From assembly GCA_032718475.1 (NCBI GenBank), contig JAUCBJ010003687.1, positions 1 through 63,664 on the forward strand: 63,664 bases of DNA. Reading direction: 5' to 3'. Position 1 is the first letter of the stretch; every line of letters begins with the position of its first letter. Position numbers and translations under genes: made by a program. The stretch is from Nemertoderma westbladi. Its lineage: Eukaryota > Animalia > Xenacoelomorpha. Below are positions 13,596 through 25,740 of the stretch, piece by piece. Below the pieces are notes generated by a model that was given only the letters and a program-made list of their open reading frames with translations, was not told the DNA's origin and searched no databases.

Positions 13596-13662
13596 GGAAT
13601 CAAGTTGTGGCTGAGGTCTACCAGGAATCAACCAATAGAAGCTGTACTGTGTCCCCGCCAAG
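13596..13662 (+). CDS. E2F: E2F transcription factor internal exon (end of the marked-box domain)
   Basis: TTGCAG acceptor, then GIKLWLRSTRNQPIEAVLCPRQ, matching the E2F marked-box end (IxLKSxxGPIxVxLCP). A phase-1 donor (GT at 13663 or 13666) joins the phase-1 acceptor at 39693. Confidence 0.72.
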
Positions 13663-14145
13663 GTTGTACGTACGACCACAAGTACCCAGATACTCGGGCC
13701 CCAATCGCCAGACGTAACGTTAAGTCTGAGAATTCGTCGTTGACGCGAAGTAAGTGCATTACTGCCTATTATTTGCCGGTTATAACAAACATATTATTTT
13801 GGGCGCTAATTTGATACTTGGCTTAATTAGCCTTGCTATACACAGACCTTTTTGGGGAACTGGTTAAACAGTTGATTTAAACTTGTGAAGGGAACTAATT
13901 TATCTTGTGTCAAACACCTACCACAAAGTTATTTAAATCTCAGTTGGTTCAACCCAAACATTTCCAAATTAAAAAGTGTATTTTGATAAAAAATTAATTA
14001 TAGCTGTTTTTATGATGTAATTTCCGGGTAATAATTAACAGGGACTTTTTAATTAAAGTGTAAATCATCGACTTCAATAACAGCTGATTACTGCAACTCA
14101 ACTGCAACACTATTCACTTCCGTTTATTGTTTCGGATACAATAAT

Positions 14146-15200
14146 GGGGGGGGGGGGGGTTACCCACTGTCTTTTTTTCATCAGATTTTTTTGTTTTTCC
14201 GATGTAAAATTTTATGGTAATTCCGAATCTGAAATCAGTTTTTCGATACGTTGTTTTGTTCTTGAGTTATGGCAACTTTTGTAATTGTCATCCAAATTTG
14301 CAAATTTTTAATTTTGGTGCAGCACCACATTTGACACCAATAAAGACCATCAAACACCCAGAAATGTCGAGATATTTTGCGATTTTCGGAATCAGCGCCG
14401 AAAATTACCATGTAGGTATCAAAACCGCAAAAGAAGATCATTTTTGAAAAATTAAAAAAAATTCAACTTTTGGTGCATGTTTGGTCAGTTGTAATCAGGA
14501 GGAAATTTAAAAACACGTTTTTCTTGGTTTATCATTTTTTTCACATAATTCCCTACTAGTTCTGTAATTTTTTACCGATTTTAATTCTGTTGGCGTTTTT
14601 TCGAAGCTCCTGGTGTCGCCAACAAACGATACTACCAGATTTATTTTTTTTTGAATTATATGAAAAGTTACAGCATTTAAAATATCAAAATATGTTAAAA
14701 TACCCGAATTTTGAAAATACTAAAATTTTAGCATATTTTGATATTTTAAATGCTGTAACTTTTGATATAATTGATTACATTTTTTATTTTATTATTATAA
14801 CATTACATTATTTTAATTTGATTTATAAACTGATTACAACTCTGACCAAACATGCACCGAAAGTGAAATTTGTTGAAATTTTTCAAAATTGATCTGCTTT
14901 TGCGGTTTTGATAACTATAGGCCAATTTCGGCGCTGATTCTGAAAATGGCAAAATATGTCGACTTTTATTCGTGTTTGATGATCTTTTTTGTGTCAAATG
15001 TGGTGCTGCACCAAAATTAAAAATTTTCAAATTTTGGATGAAAATTACAAAGATTGTACCATAACTCGAGAACAAAACAACTTATCGAAAAACTGATTTC
15101 AGATTCGGAATCACCTTAAAATTTTACATCGGAAGACACATTAAAATAATCTGATGAAAAAAGACAGGGGGTAAACCCACCCACCCCCCCCCCCCCCCCC
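14146..15200. mobile_element. Non-autonomous TIR DNA element (MITE) with ~350-bp TIRs and poly-G/poly-C termini, possibly Kolobok-like
   Basis: G(n)TTACCCACTGTCTTTTTTTCATCAGATT...CCGATGTAAAATTTT..TTCCGAATCTGAAATCAGTTTTTCGATA mirrors 15085-15200. TTAA follows the right end, and there is an internal inverted repeat at ~14656-14771. Confidence 0.8.
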
Positions 15201-15730
15201 TTAATATAATAATTTATAATTAACACCGTTAATTCCACGAGACGCGATATTTATTAATTAACCGAGATGATATTTGTGTCCATTTTATTCGGAAATGGAT
15301 GTGAATTAAAACTAAAGTAAAATTTTTCTTTAAGAATTTAAGTGCCAAAACATTAAATCTCAATTAATAGACTGAAGAGGTTCTAGTTGATTATAGCGAC
15401 AGTATACAAAGCCCTCGATAACACCTGCTTGTACCGGTACCGACTATTCCTGTTTATGATTAATACCCTGTTTTGAAATACCGTCACTGATACAGATGAT
15501 TAGCTACGTTGTATAGTCCGAGGCGTCCATTAATTAAAGGACGCCTTGGTGAAGCCTACCGTTGCTGTGGTACTGGTTGCAGATAGTCAGTAAAATTAAT
15601 GTAAGGGGTGAGTGACCTTTCCCGGGTGCGTCAGTAACAGGCATAACTCATGCTGAGTCCAATGGACGCTAGCGCAATCCCACCCGCCGTAAAAACAATT
15701 CTCACCCGCCGTTAAATGTTATACAATATA

Positions 15731-17644
15731 CATTTTATACATCCTTCTCTACTGTACCTATAGAGTTACATACTGTATTTCCATTTTATACACCCTTCTC
15801 TACTGTACCTACAGAGTTACATACTGTATCTCTACTGTACCTACAGAGTTACATACTGTATCTCTACTGTACCTACAGAGTTACATACTGTATCTCTACT
15901 GTACCTACAGAGTTACATACTGTATTTCCATTTTATACACCCTTCTCTTCTGTACCTACAGAGTTACATACTGTATTTATACACCCTTCTCTTCTGTACC
16001 TACAGAGTTACATACTGTATTTATACACCCTTCTCTTCTGTACCTACAGAGTTACATACTGTATTTATACACCCTTATCTTCTGTACCTACAGAGTTACA
16101 TACTGTATTTCCACTTCTGTACCTACAGAGTTACATACTGTATTTCCACTTCTGTACCTACAGAGTTACATACTGTATTTCCACTACTGTACCTACAGAG
16201 TTACATACTGTATTTCCACTACTGTACCTACAGAGTTACATACTGTATTTCCACTTCTGTACCTACAGAGTTACATACTGTATTTCCACTACTGTACCTA
16301 CAGAGTTACATACTGTATTTCCATTTTATACACCCTTCTCTACTGGACCTACAGAGTTACATACTGTATTTCCATTTTATACACCCTTCTCTACTGTACC
16401 TACAGAGTTACATACTGTATTTCCACTTCTGTACCTACAGAGTTACATACTGTATTTCCACTTCTGTACCTACAGAGTTACATACTGTATTTCCACTACT
16501 GTACCTACAGAGTTACATACTGTATTTCCACTACTGTACCTACAGAGTTACATACTGTATTTCCACTTCTGTACCTACAGAGTTACATACTGTATTTCCA
16601 CTACTGTACCTACAGAGTTACATACTGTATTTCCACTACTGTACCTACAGAGTTACATACTGTATTTCCACTACTGTACCTACAGAGTTACATACTGTAT
16701 TTCCACTACTGTACCTACAGAGTTACATACTGTATTTCCACTTCTGTACCTACAGAGTTACATACTGTATTTCCACTACTGTACCTACAGAGTTACATAC
16801 TGTATTTCCACTACTGTACCTACAGAGTTACATACTGTATTTCCACTACTGTACCTACAGAGTTACATACTGTATTTCCACTACTGTACCTACAGAGTTA
16901 CATACTGTATTTCCACTACTGTACCTACAGAGTTACATACTGTATTTCCACTACTGTACCTACAGAGTTACATACTGTATTTCCACTACTGTACCTACAG
17001 AGTTACATACTGTATTTCCACTACTATACCTACAGAGTTACATACTGTATTTCCACTACTGTACCTACAGAGTTACATACTGTATTTCCACTACTGTACC
17101 TACAGAGTTACATACTGTATTTCCACTTCTGTACCTACAGAGTTACATACTGTATTTCCACTACTGTACCTACAGAGTTACATACTGTATTTCCACTACT
17201 GTACCTACAGAGTTACATACTGTATTTCCACTACTGTACCTACAGAGTTACATACTGTATTTCCACTACTGTACCTACAGAGTTACATACTGTATTTCCA
17301 CTACTGTACCTACAGAGTTACATACTGTATTTCCACTACTGTACCTACAGAGTTACATACTGTATTTCCACTACTGTACCTACAGAGTTACATACTGTAT
17401 TTCCACTACTATACCTACAGAGTTACATACTGTATTTCCACTACTGTACCTACAGAGTTACATACTGTATTTCCACTACTGTACCTACTGAGTTACATAC
17501 TGTATTTCCACTTCTGTACCTACAGAGTTACATACTGTATTTCCACTACTGTACCTACAGAGTTACATACTGTATTTCCACTACTGTACCTACAGAGTTA
17601 CATTCTGTATTTCCACTACTGTACCTACAGAGTTACATACTGTA
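15731..17644. repeat. 35-bp satellite (CTACTGTACCTACAGAGTTACATACTGTATTTCCA), left part
   Basis: Tandem array, interrupted at 17644 by the LTR element. Confidence 0.97.
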
Positions 17645-18883
17645 TGTAAAAGCTTCTGTGGGATATAACTGGCCCTTTTGCTTTGCAATCCAGTTCCCCC
17701 CCAGGCGCTGGAATACTCTAAAAAGCTCTCTAACTCGAATGATACAAAGCGACCGGCTGATTGGCTGATTTGTTATACGAGGGGCTCTTTACTATGATTC
17801 TATCGGCCAACCAGAGCTATAGCAGCAGAGTATGCAACCAGGGCAACCGAGCGGAGTGACTCATTTTGTGTGTTGGCCAAGGGCTGCAAAAATCCTGATA
17901 GTTCGGCATTTAGATATTCGTGGAACCTGTGGAATCTGGTGTTCTGCCAATGAGAGCGATTCCTCTCTGTGTAAAAAGATACCTGCAACGGTGTTAGAGT
18001 CAGAGAGAGTGTTTTTGTTACTGTTGTGTTGTAGCTATCTAGGCCAGGAACACCGGCACTAGAGTCAACTCGTTTTCATACTTTAGAAGAAACATTAGTA
18101 GGCTTAAATTATAGAGCGTATAACTGTTATCGGTTCATAACAATCAGTGCATATCACGGTCCATATCAGTACATTGTCATATCATATCTTAACCTACCGT
18201 CTTAATGGTTTGCTGTTGTTTGGTTGAATATTATTTGGAGAACATTTATAAAGAACCCAAATTTCCCAATTTTCTTGATACACTACAGGTTAGAGAGACG
18301 GGTTATATATAGCGATTGCGACTTATATTATTGTGGTTTGTAGTGAATTTAATGCTAATTGATAAGCACTACATGAATCCGTTGCTGTTCTCTTTATATA
18401 TGATAAAATTCATTGACGGTCGGCAAATTAGTGAGCAGTATTGTGTGTTACCGGTAGTGTGCATGATTGTGACTGATAACTAAGCATTTCCTAAAGAATG
18501 CGCCTCATACGTGAATCATAAGCCTTACCGACTTACCGTTGTGATTAGTATAAGTCATAGCTCTGTTTAAATAGATAGAGCGCCACGTCCTAAAGGAACT
18601 GCTAATATTTCCCGAAAGTGAATAATATTAGTCAGAAATTAATTATTAACGATCAATCGAATAATACAGTACAGTAAGCTTACACTGCAATAATAATCTA
18701 AGCCCTCAGAATCCAGTCTCCCGGGAATATCCAGCGGGTGAATGGATGCGCACTAGGCTGGCTTCTGCTAATGTTGTGTTTATTGGTATTAAATATTTGT
18801 CATCTTCTAAAGTCTATTTATAAACCAAAAGACATATCAATTTTGGCAGGTTAAACTGCTAAAGGTCTTCAAAAGCGCGTACA
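17645..18883 (+). repeat. 5' LTR (1239 bp)
   Basis: TGTAAAAGC...AAAAGCGCGTACA, near-identical to 28902-30160. Confidence 0.95.
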
Positions 18884-18944
18884 ATAACAGTTATTGACTT
18901 TATTGCAGTAAGCAATAAAGTTGAAAGTACCGGTCAACCGGTAA

Positions 18945-19075
18945 ACCTGAACCGGTACTTCTGTAGGTCAGTAGGCCCAACTGCCAGAACCAGTACTGCT
19001 GTAGGTCCGTAGGTCCAACTGCCAGAACCGGTACTTCTGTAGGTCCGTAGGCCCAACTGTCCTAACCGGTACTTC
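18945..19075 (+). repeat. 36-bp tandem repeats in the element's 5' leader
   Basis: About 3.5 copies of AACCGGTACTTCTGTAGGTCCGTAGGCCCAACTGCCAG-like units. Confidence 0.75.
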
Positions 19076-19269
19076 CAGTATAAGTACATTAGTATTATTC
19101 GATTTGATTATTGCATACCGGTAGGCTGTTTAAGAGATTAGGGACTGTACACCCCTTGTTTCTTTTGGAGCTTACTTATTTCTGTCAGTTTTATTTACAT
19201 GTAAGTTAATATTGAGCTGAAGACGTGTAAGTCTGCTCAGATTGTTCAGATAATTATAGGCCGGACTGT

Positions 19270-19825
19270 TGTCGGATTGTTGTTGGGTTTGGAGAGATTA
19301 CGGCGTGTGTAGAGTTTGTCCGATAGAGTGCCAGTTAGTAAGTTGGGGCAGCCATAGCTGTAAGGTCAATCCCCTCTTAAAGAATAAGTCGTACTACCGT
19401 GTTAGAACGCATACTAACTAACAATTTTGGAATCTGCACATACTGTAGTTTATTTAGGCTTGACAGTATTCTGCCAGCGTTTTGGCCTGTGTTTGTTTGT
19501 GTGGTCTGTTCAGGTACCGTAATAGTTATTACTCAGATATTTTGTAGGCTGGATTGTTGTCTAGCTATTATTAGGTCTGAAGAGATTGCTGCGTGTGTAG
19601 AGTTTGTCTGATAAAGTGCCAGTTAGTAAGTTGGGGCAGCCATAGCTGTAAGGTCAATCCCCTCTTAAAGAATAAGTCGTACTACCGTGTTAGAACGCAT
19701 ACTAACTAACCGTTTCGGAATCTACACGTACAGTAGTTTATTTAGGCTTGGTGGTAGTCTGCCAGCGTTTGGTCTGTATTTTGTTTGAGTATTCTGTACG
19801 GGTAGCGTAATATTTATTATTCAGA
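19270..19825 (+). repeat. ~288-bp tandem duplication in the element's 5' leader
   Basis: GCGTGTGTAGAGTTTGTC...GTTAGAACGCATACTAACTAAC occurs at 19303 and again at 19591. Confidence 0.85.
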
Positions 19826-21117
19826 GTTTATGCGATTATTCGCAACATTCATGTCCCCAAGTTTATTCCTACAGTAATTGTGTTTGTTACACATACCGTT
19901 ATAGTTAAATTAACCCCGGTACTACACGGGCTGCTTGGCGTAGGACAAGACTGGTGACTTTGTGCTTCGGTCACTCCAGCAGATGCCGTGGTTCTTTTAA
20001 CTGTTCAAGTATATTTAACTACTGATTATTTGTTGTACCAGTACTTGTACCTAATTTAGGGTTTAGTGTACAGTGCTTTCCGAAAGTAATTAGTGTGTAG
20101 GCAGTATATTTGTGTTGTAAAGTGGTTAATAGGCACGCTGGATCTGGTAGTCCGCGGTAATTAACTTCTAGGTAGGAACACTCCGTGATACATAACGTAG
20201 TACCTATAGCGATACGGCTATAGGTCGTCAGGCGGTGGTATTTTCCTATCTGGACAGTGCAATATATTTACTACTACTTATTATTTTCAAATACCGTAGT
20301 ACCCTGTCCGTTGTAATAACCAGAAATCTAACCCTTTGTTAGGCTGGTTTGTAGACTTCCTGTAAAATTACCCTAAAAATTCGTGCGTAATATTTTGTTG
20401 TGTTTAATTAGAGAATTAATCTCACCCGTATCGTAAGTAATTTGTAGTATTAAGTAACTTAGGTAAATTAGAATTATCTGTTTTAGTGTCAAATAAATAG
20501 CACTCCACTGAGAGCGTACAGCTTCTGTGTAGTGACTCCCCCAGAAATAATAACATTTATTTCAAATATTGACAAAAACCCATTTTAAACGGGTATATAA
20601 ATATTATAAATCAACTCAAACGATTTATAAATAGTAGGCCTGCCATACAACAACTAGGTCTCAATATCAGTTGGACTACTGCTTAAATAGCGGTAATAAA
20701 GTAAGTTAAAGTAACCAAGTAACCCTAAAATATTCAGAAATTCAATTATTCTAAAATAATTGACATACCGGTATTTACCATAGGCTTATTATATTTATTT
20801 CTATAAATTTATGCTGAAATCATACCGGTATTCTGTAATTAATTCTAATTCATAATTATACTTATATACACTATAAGTGTAAGCTGTATACCGGTATTCA
20901 CGATAGGCCTATTATATATTTATATATATTTGTGCTAAATTTATATACCGGTACTCTGTGACAAAACTAGTTTACAATACTTATATATATTATAAGTGCA
21001 TACCGGTATTCTAATATACTGCAATAAATTACTGGTACTAGGCCAACGGTCATACTGAATTACTAGACTTGCTTTAACTGAAACTATAGCAGTAAGCATT
21101 CAACTGTATAGCTAAAC

Positions 21118-24100
21118 ATGTCTGACACTCAGCAAAACCTGTCAGACAGTCTAATCGATACAACCATCTGTGACACAGATAGGAGTGTGGAGCGATTAAG
21201 AAAGGAGTTCAGCTCACCTCCTACTGAAAGAAAAGTCATCCCTCCAGTAGTGGTATCAGACCCTAAGCTAATCCAACACCGTAGGTCTATCATCGGCACT
21301 CGGGCCCAAGTCAAACGGAACCAGGAAGCAGCTGTCCCACAGCAGCAACAGCCTAGTCAAGAAACTTGTTCCCAGCGATCCGATAGCTCCAGTAGTTCGG
21401 ATACTGTCGAGCTGACCCCCGAACGCGGATTGCAGATGACAGCTAAAGCCTACTCGGACCCCCTTCTCACCCTTCCTGCCGCAGTGCTAACTACTCTATT
21501 GATTGCGGTGGAGGAACATCAAGCCGATTGGGCGAGAAATAAGCGAGCGACCCAAGATAATTATGCGGGATACGCCAGGGAAGAATTGATGTCTATTGTC
21601 GAGTCACAATGGAACTTTCCCGGACCCGGACTCCCGTTAGATCTGTCCGAGGCTACTTGGGAAGATATACACAGGATGGGAGTGGCTAAAGATACGATGG
21701 ATCCAGCTGTTTGGAAGAGGTCGGCAGCAGGATATGTGCAGGGATTCTTCGGCTCCTTAGAGCGATTAGAAGAACAACTGTTTCGACAACCCCAAGGACC
21801 TCAAGAGCAGGAAGAACTGCTATATCAAGTACGTGAAAGAACCCTACGCATTCGACTAATCCTATCAGCTTTTGAGGAAACTTCCAAAAGAAGACAGGAC
21901 ACGTCGCTGCAGGTTGCTGTCAAAACTTGGTTCCAGCGGGTAGGTCTCCAAGTACAAGAAACAGACCAGTGGAAATCCCAGTTGTCTGAGAGACGAACCT
22001 ATGACGAATCAACCGATGTCACCCTTCCTCAAGTGGAAGGCGAAGAGACCGCAGAGAGACCACGAACGAGAGACGCCATAGACATTTATCAGTCCGACTA
22101 TCAGTGATTCCTAGGAGACGAAGAGTTGAGGAGACGGCTGTCTGGACTTTCCCCTAATAGTGAAGGAACCCAGCGTGTGTTAGACTCAATCGATGCTGAA
22201 ATGTTAGCTGCTAACCAAGCTGAATTTGATGAAAAACTCCGCCTCGCTAGAATCCAAGAAGAACAAGTAAAGAAAAAGCGGATAGAGGACAAAAAGGCAG
22301 TAGCAGCGGCGAAAGCGGCAGTGGCAGTGGAAGCGGCAAAGGCAGCAGCGGCAGTGGAAGAGGCAAAGGCAGTAGCATCGGCGAAAGCTGCAGCGACAGT
22401 AGAAGCAGCCAAAGCAGCAGCAGCAATAGCATTGGCAGACGCAGAACAGAGAGCGTCTGAAGAGACCACACAACTGGAGTTGGAAAATCTTCAAGAGACG
22501 TAAGACTGCATAAATAAACAGTTAACTGCTAGTCAAATGCAGATGAGGAGTCGATCTACTCCCAAGCGCCAGGGATACACATCATCGGAGGAAAGCGAAA
22601 CCACCGATCCTGAAGGCGGAGGAAATAGATCTCGTCTAAGCAGGCGTAGAAAAACATCTTACCGTCATAAATTGCCTGATTTGCCCCCAGCTGTTAGAAG
22701 ACAACTAGCTAGCACAGACTTAGGTAGTACAGAACCCACAGAACAAATTATTCAGGTCAAAAGACTCCCTACAATAGTTGATGAGCCTGAAATAATTAGG
22801 CCTGTCGTTCCCAAAGTCACACCTGTGCTAGAGACCCCTGTACTTCCAGAGCTTAACTCTAAGTTCCCTTTACACAGTACTACACTGCCTGTACCCGGTA
22901 GAACAGTCCATGAGAATATTCCTGTCCTGGAAGCTGAGAGAGAAATCAAAGATTTGTCTCCCGTCGTCCCACGTCAGCCCGCTACAATGTTGGCGACTCC
23001 CGCTTCGGCGGTCGAGTGGGTAGAGGAGGGACGGCGGGGGATGAATCTCCTGCTCGGACAGATGCAGGAGACTGTCTACCAACTTAAGGGAACAGTAAGG
23101 GAAGGTAGGGCCGAATTGCAAGAAGTGCAGCAAAGTATCGCGCTAGAACGCGACAAATTAGTCAATATCCAAAAGGGGATACCAATACCCCCTGTAAAAT
23201 TGTGTCAACCTGTTAGGTCTGAAGTATTACATGCGCAAGGTGTGGAGCCTACACGCATCTATACTGCTAGTGAAGTAGAAACTCCTATAGCAAACCCTAT
23301 TAAGGGTGATTATAGACCTGTTATTAATGATATCCCTTATAGACCTGACAATGATCCGAGAAATTTATATACCGATAATTCGATATTAAATAACACGATG
23401 GCCCAAGAAAGCTTTACGCGTCAGATGGCTAGAACAGAAGCCCGCCAAGCGGTCAAAGTGGGAGAGATCGTCAAATTCAATGGAGATGAGATGAAATGGT
23501 TACCTTTCAACGAATATTACAAAGATAGCATACAAAACTCTGTACTATCTAACGGAGAGAAACTTAGGTTCCTCATCAAGTGCTTGGAAGGACCTCCCAG
23601 GTTAATGGCGTTAAAGTTTATTGGACATCCAGAAGGATTAAGACAAGTATGGGATACATTAAACATCAGGTATGGTAACAAGGATAACATAGCTAAGTAT
23701 TTGTATGCAAAATTAGTAGCCCCCCGACACTTCCTTAGTAGCGGGATTATAGAGTTTTCCGATGAGATTCAAGAGATCTGTAGACAATTGGACTGGTTAG
23801 GTAAGTCTCATGAATATCAGAGTTCCATGGTTATTGGAGCCGTAGTCTCTACTTTACCAAAGGGTGGAGTATGTACACGCTGGGACAAGAAAGTGTTGTA
23901 CATGAATGAACAACAACGACGAAGCCCTACCATGGCTGATCTCATGTCCTTCTTAGATGGTGAGGTAAAACTACAACTCATCAAGCAGGCCAGAGAGAAA
24001 ACATCGGAAAATAAGGTAAGTGAGAAACCCGTTTCTAGGAGAAGGATAATACCAGTGTGTTATACTGACGATGGCGAAAGCCAAGCTTCTCAAGAAGAGG

Positions 24101-25740
24101 ACAGCGGGAAAGACACAGCAAAATCTTACTATGACAACAAGACCTATAAAGACGTAAGTAAATACAAGTCTCGAATCAGTGACAGGAGAGAACAGGTAAC
24201 GACAACTCCTCCTACGTCTCCTAAGAGAATTCACGGAAGAAAGCCCGAAGAAAGAACGAGAGTGCATAACGTTACCCAAGGTAAGGTGAGTAACATCAAA
24301 CCAAAATGTGCGCTGTGCGACGGGCCCCACCGTTTGAGTGCGTGTGCTGAATTTCTAAAGAAATCCCCTGTAGACAGACATACAGTCCTGTGGAGTAAGC
24401 GGTTATGCTATAATTGCCTCAGATCAGGACACCAACGGCGAACCTGTTACTCCGACGTAAAGTGTGCAAAGTGTGGCGCGAAACATCACATCTTGTTACA
24501 CAGTGAGTTCGAACGAGACAACCCGAGTCAGGTAAGTGAGCCCGAACTACATGTCCAATTCAGTGATGTAAATGACACTGATCAAGAGTCTGAGATGGAA
24601 GGATTCTATACTGACGAATTCTCCGACGCCAACGAATCCTGTTACCTAATAAATACCTCAGTGTATCGAGCACTTACTTATGAAAAGGACACCGACAATG
24701 AGTTCCCCCCAACTACTTTTGCCAGACAACCATCTTGGAAAGCTCCAACTTCCAACGTAGGAATCAGAGAATTTCCTGTAGTGCAGGTAAGAGTTCATGG
24801 TCCTAACAAAAGTTACATAGTGAACGCCCTCCTTGACTCCAGCAGCACAGGAACATTCATCGATCAAGAACTAGCCGAAGATATTTTTGCTGGACAACCC
24901 AAATTCCGGACTAAATTGAATATGTCAGGAATTATGCAGGTTTGGAAATCTACCCTAACGGCAGACTACTATGTAGGTGTGTTGTCCACCCCCCAGGATA
25001 AATTAGGAGCACAAGGTATAAGGTCGGTAAAAATGGTGGCTATAAAGAACTTCGCTGCTACCCAAGCAGACCTTTATAATTGGGACGAGGATGAGAGCAT
25101 CCAACATCTTAAGATACCTCGATTCCAGACAGATTATCCTGGAGTGCAAATACTCATCGGCCAAAACGCGCATGAGGCGCTCGAGACATTGGAGAAACGG
25201 CCTGCTCAACCGCAGCCACTGCAAACCTATGCGGTAAGAACTAGAGTAGGTTGGTACTTCACTGGCCCTTCCCGTAGAACTCTCAAAGAGAGATTACCTC
25301 AACAACAGGTATACCAAGTAAAGGAATGGGAAGTGGAGAGCAGTGATGTGGACGATCCAACTGAGGGAACACCATACTCCTCAGATAATGACGATATTAA
25401 CTCCAATGTAGATCAATGGAGACATTGCCTTGGGACGATTAATCCAGCCGACATCGCTTCCAGAGGAGCAACTCCTCAAGAACTGATAGATACTCCAGGC
25501 TGGTTAGGTGGATCCGACTTCTTAAGTAAAGAAGAAGAAGAATGGCCTCCTCATCTTACCACGGCGGAGGTTAGACAGGCCAAGGGAGCGGAGAAAGTAA
25601 CACAACAACTCAATCGCCCAGCTAGTCGTTTATGTTTACTGGAAAGAGACCGAAAACTGTCCGGAAACTATGGAAGGCAAGATACTCTTCCTACGACTAC
25701 TTCCCTAATCCGACAAATATCTAGGGACTCCATAACGTGA
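21118..25740 (+). pseudogene. BEL/Pao Gag-protease polyprotein fused to the RNase H C-terminal motif; one frame of ~1540 codons with two in-frame stops (TGA 22105, TAA 22501)
   Basis: ORFs at 21118, 22126 and 22537 share one frame. Motifs: DUF1759-like KFNGDEMKWLPF..LSNGEKLRFL, three knuckles (CALCDGPHRLSAC, CYNCLRSGHQRRTC, CAKCGAKHHILLH), protease NALLDSSSTGTFI..ILIGQ..RTRVGW, then QWRHCLGTINPADIASRG..EWP. Confidence 0.88.

Noticed and set aside
15640-15690. Hammerhead-ribozyme-like TGCTGAGTCCAATGGACGC
   Set aside because: A stem-II-like hairpin is present, but the CUGANGA and GAAA core nucleotides are not intact.
17800-18062. Identical small ORFs at 17800/17832 and 29077/29109
   Set aside because: They simply reflect the two LTR copies; there is no coding evidence.
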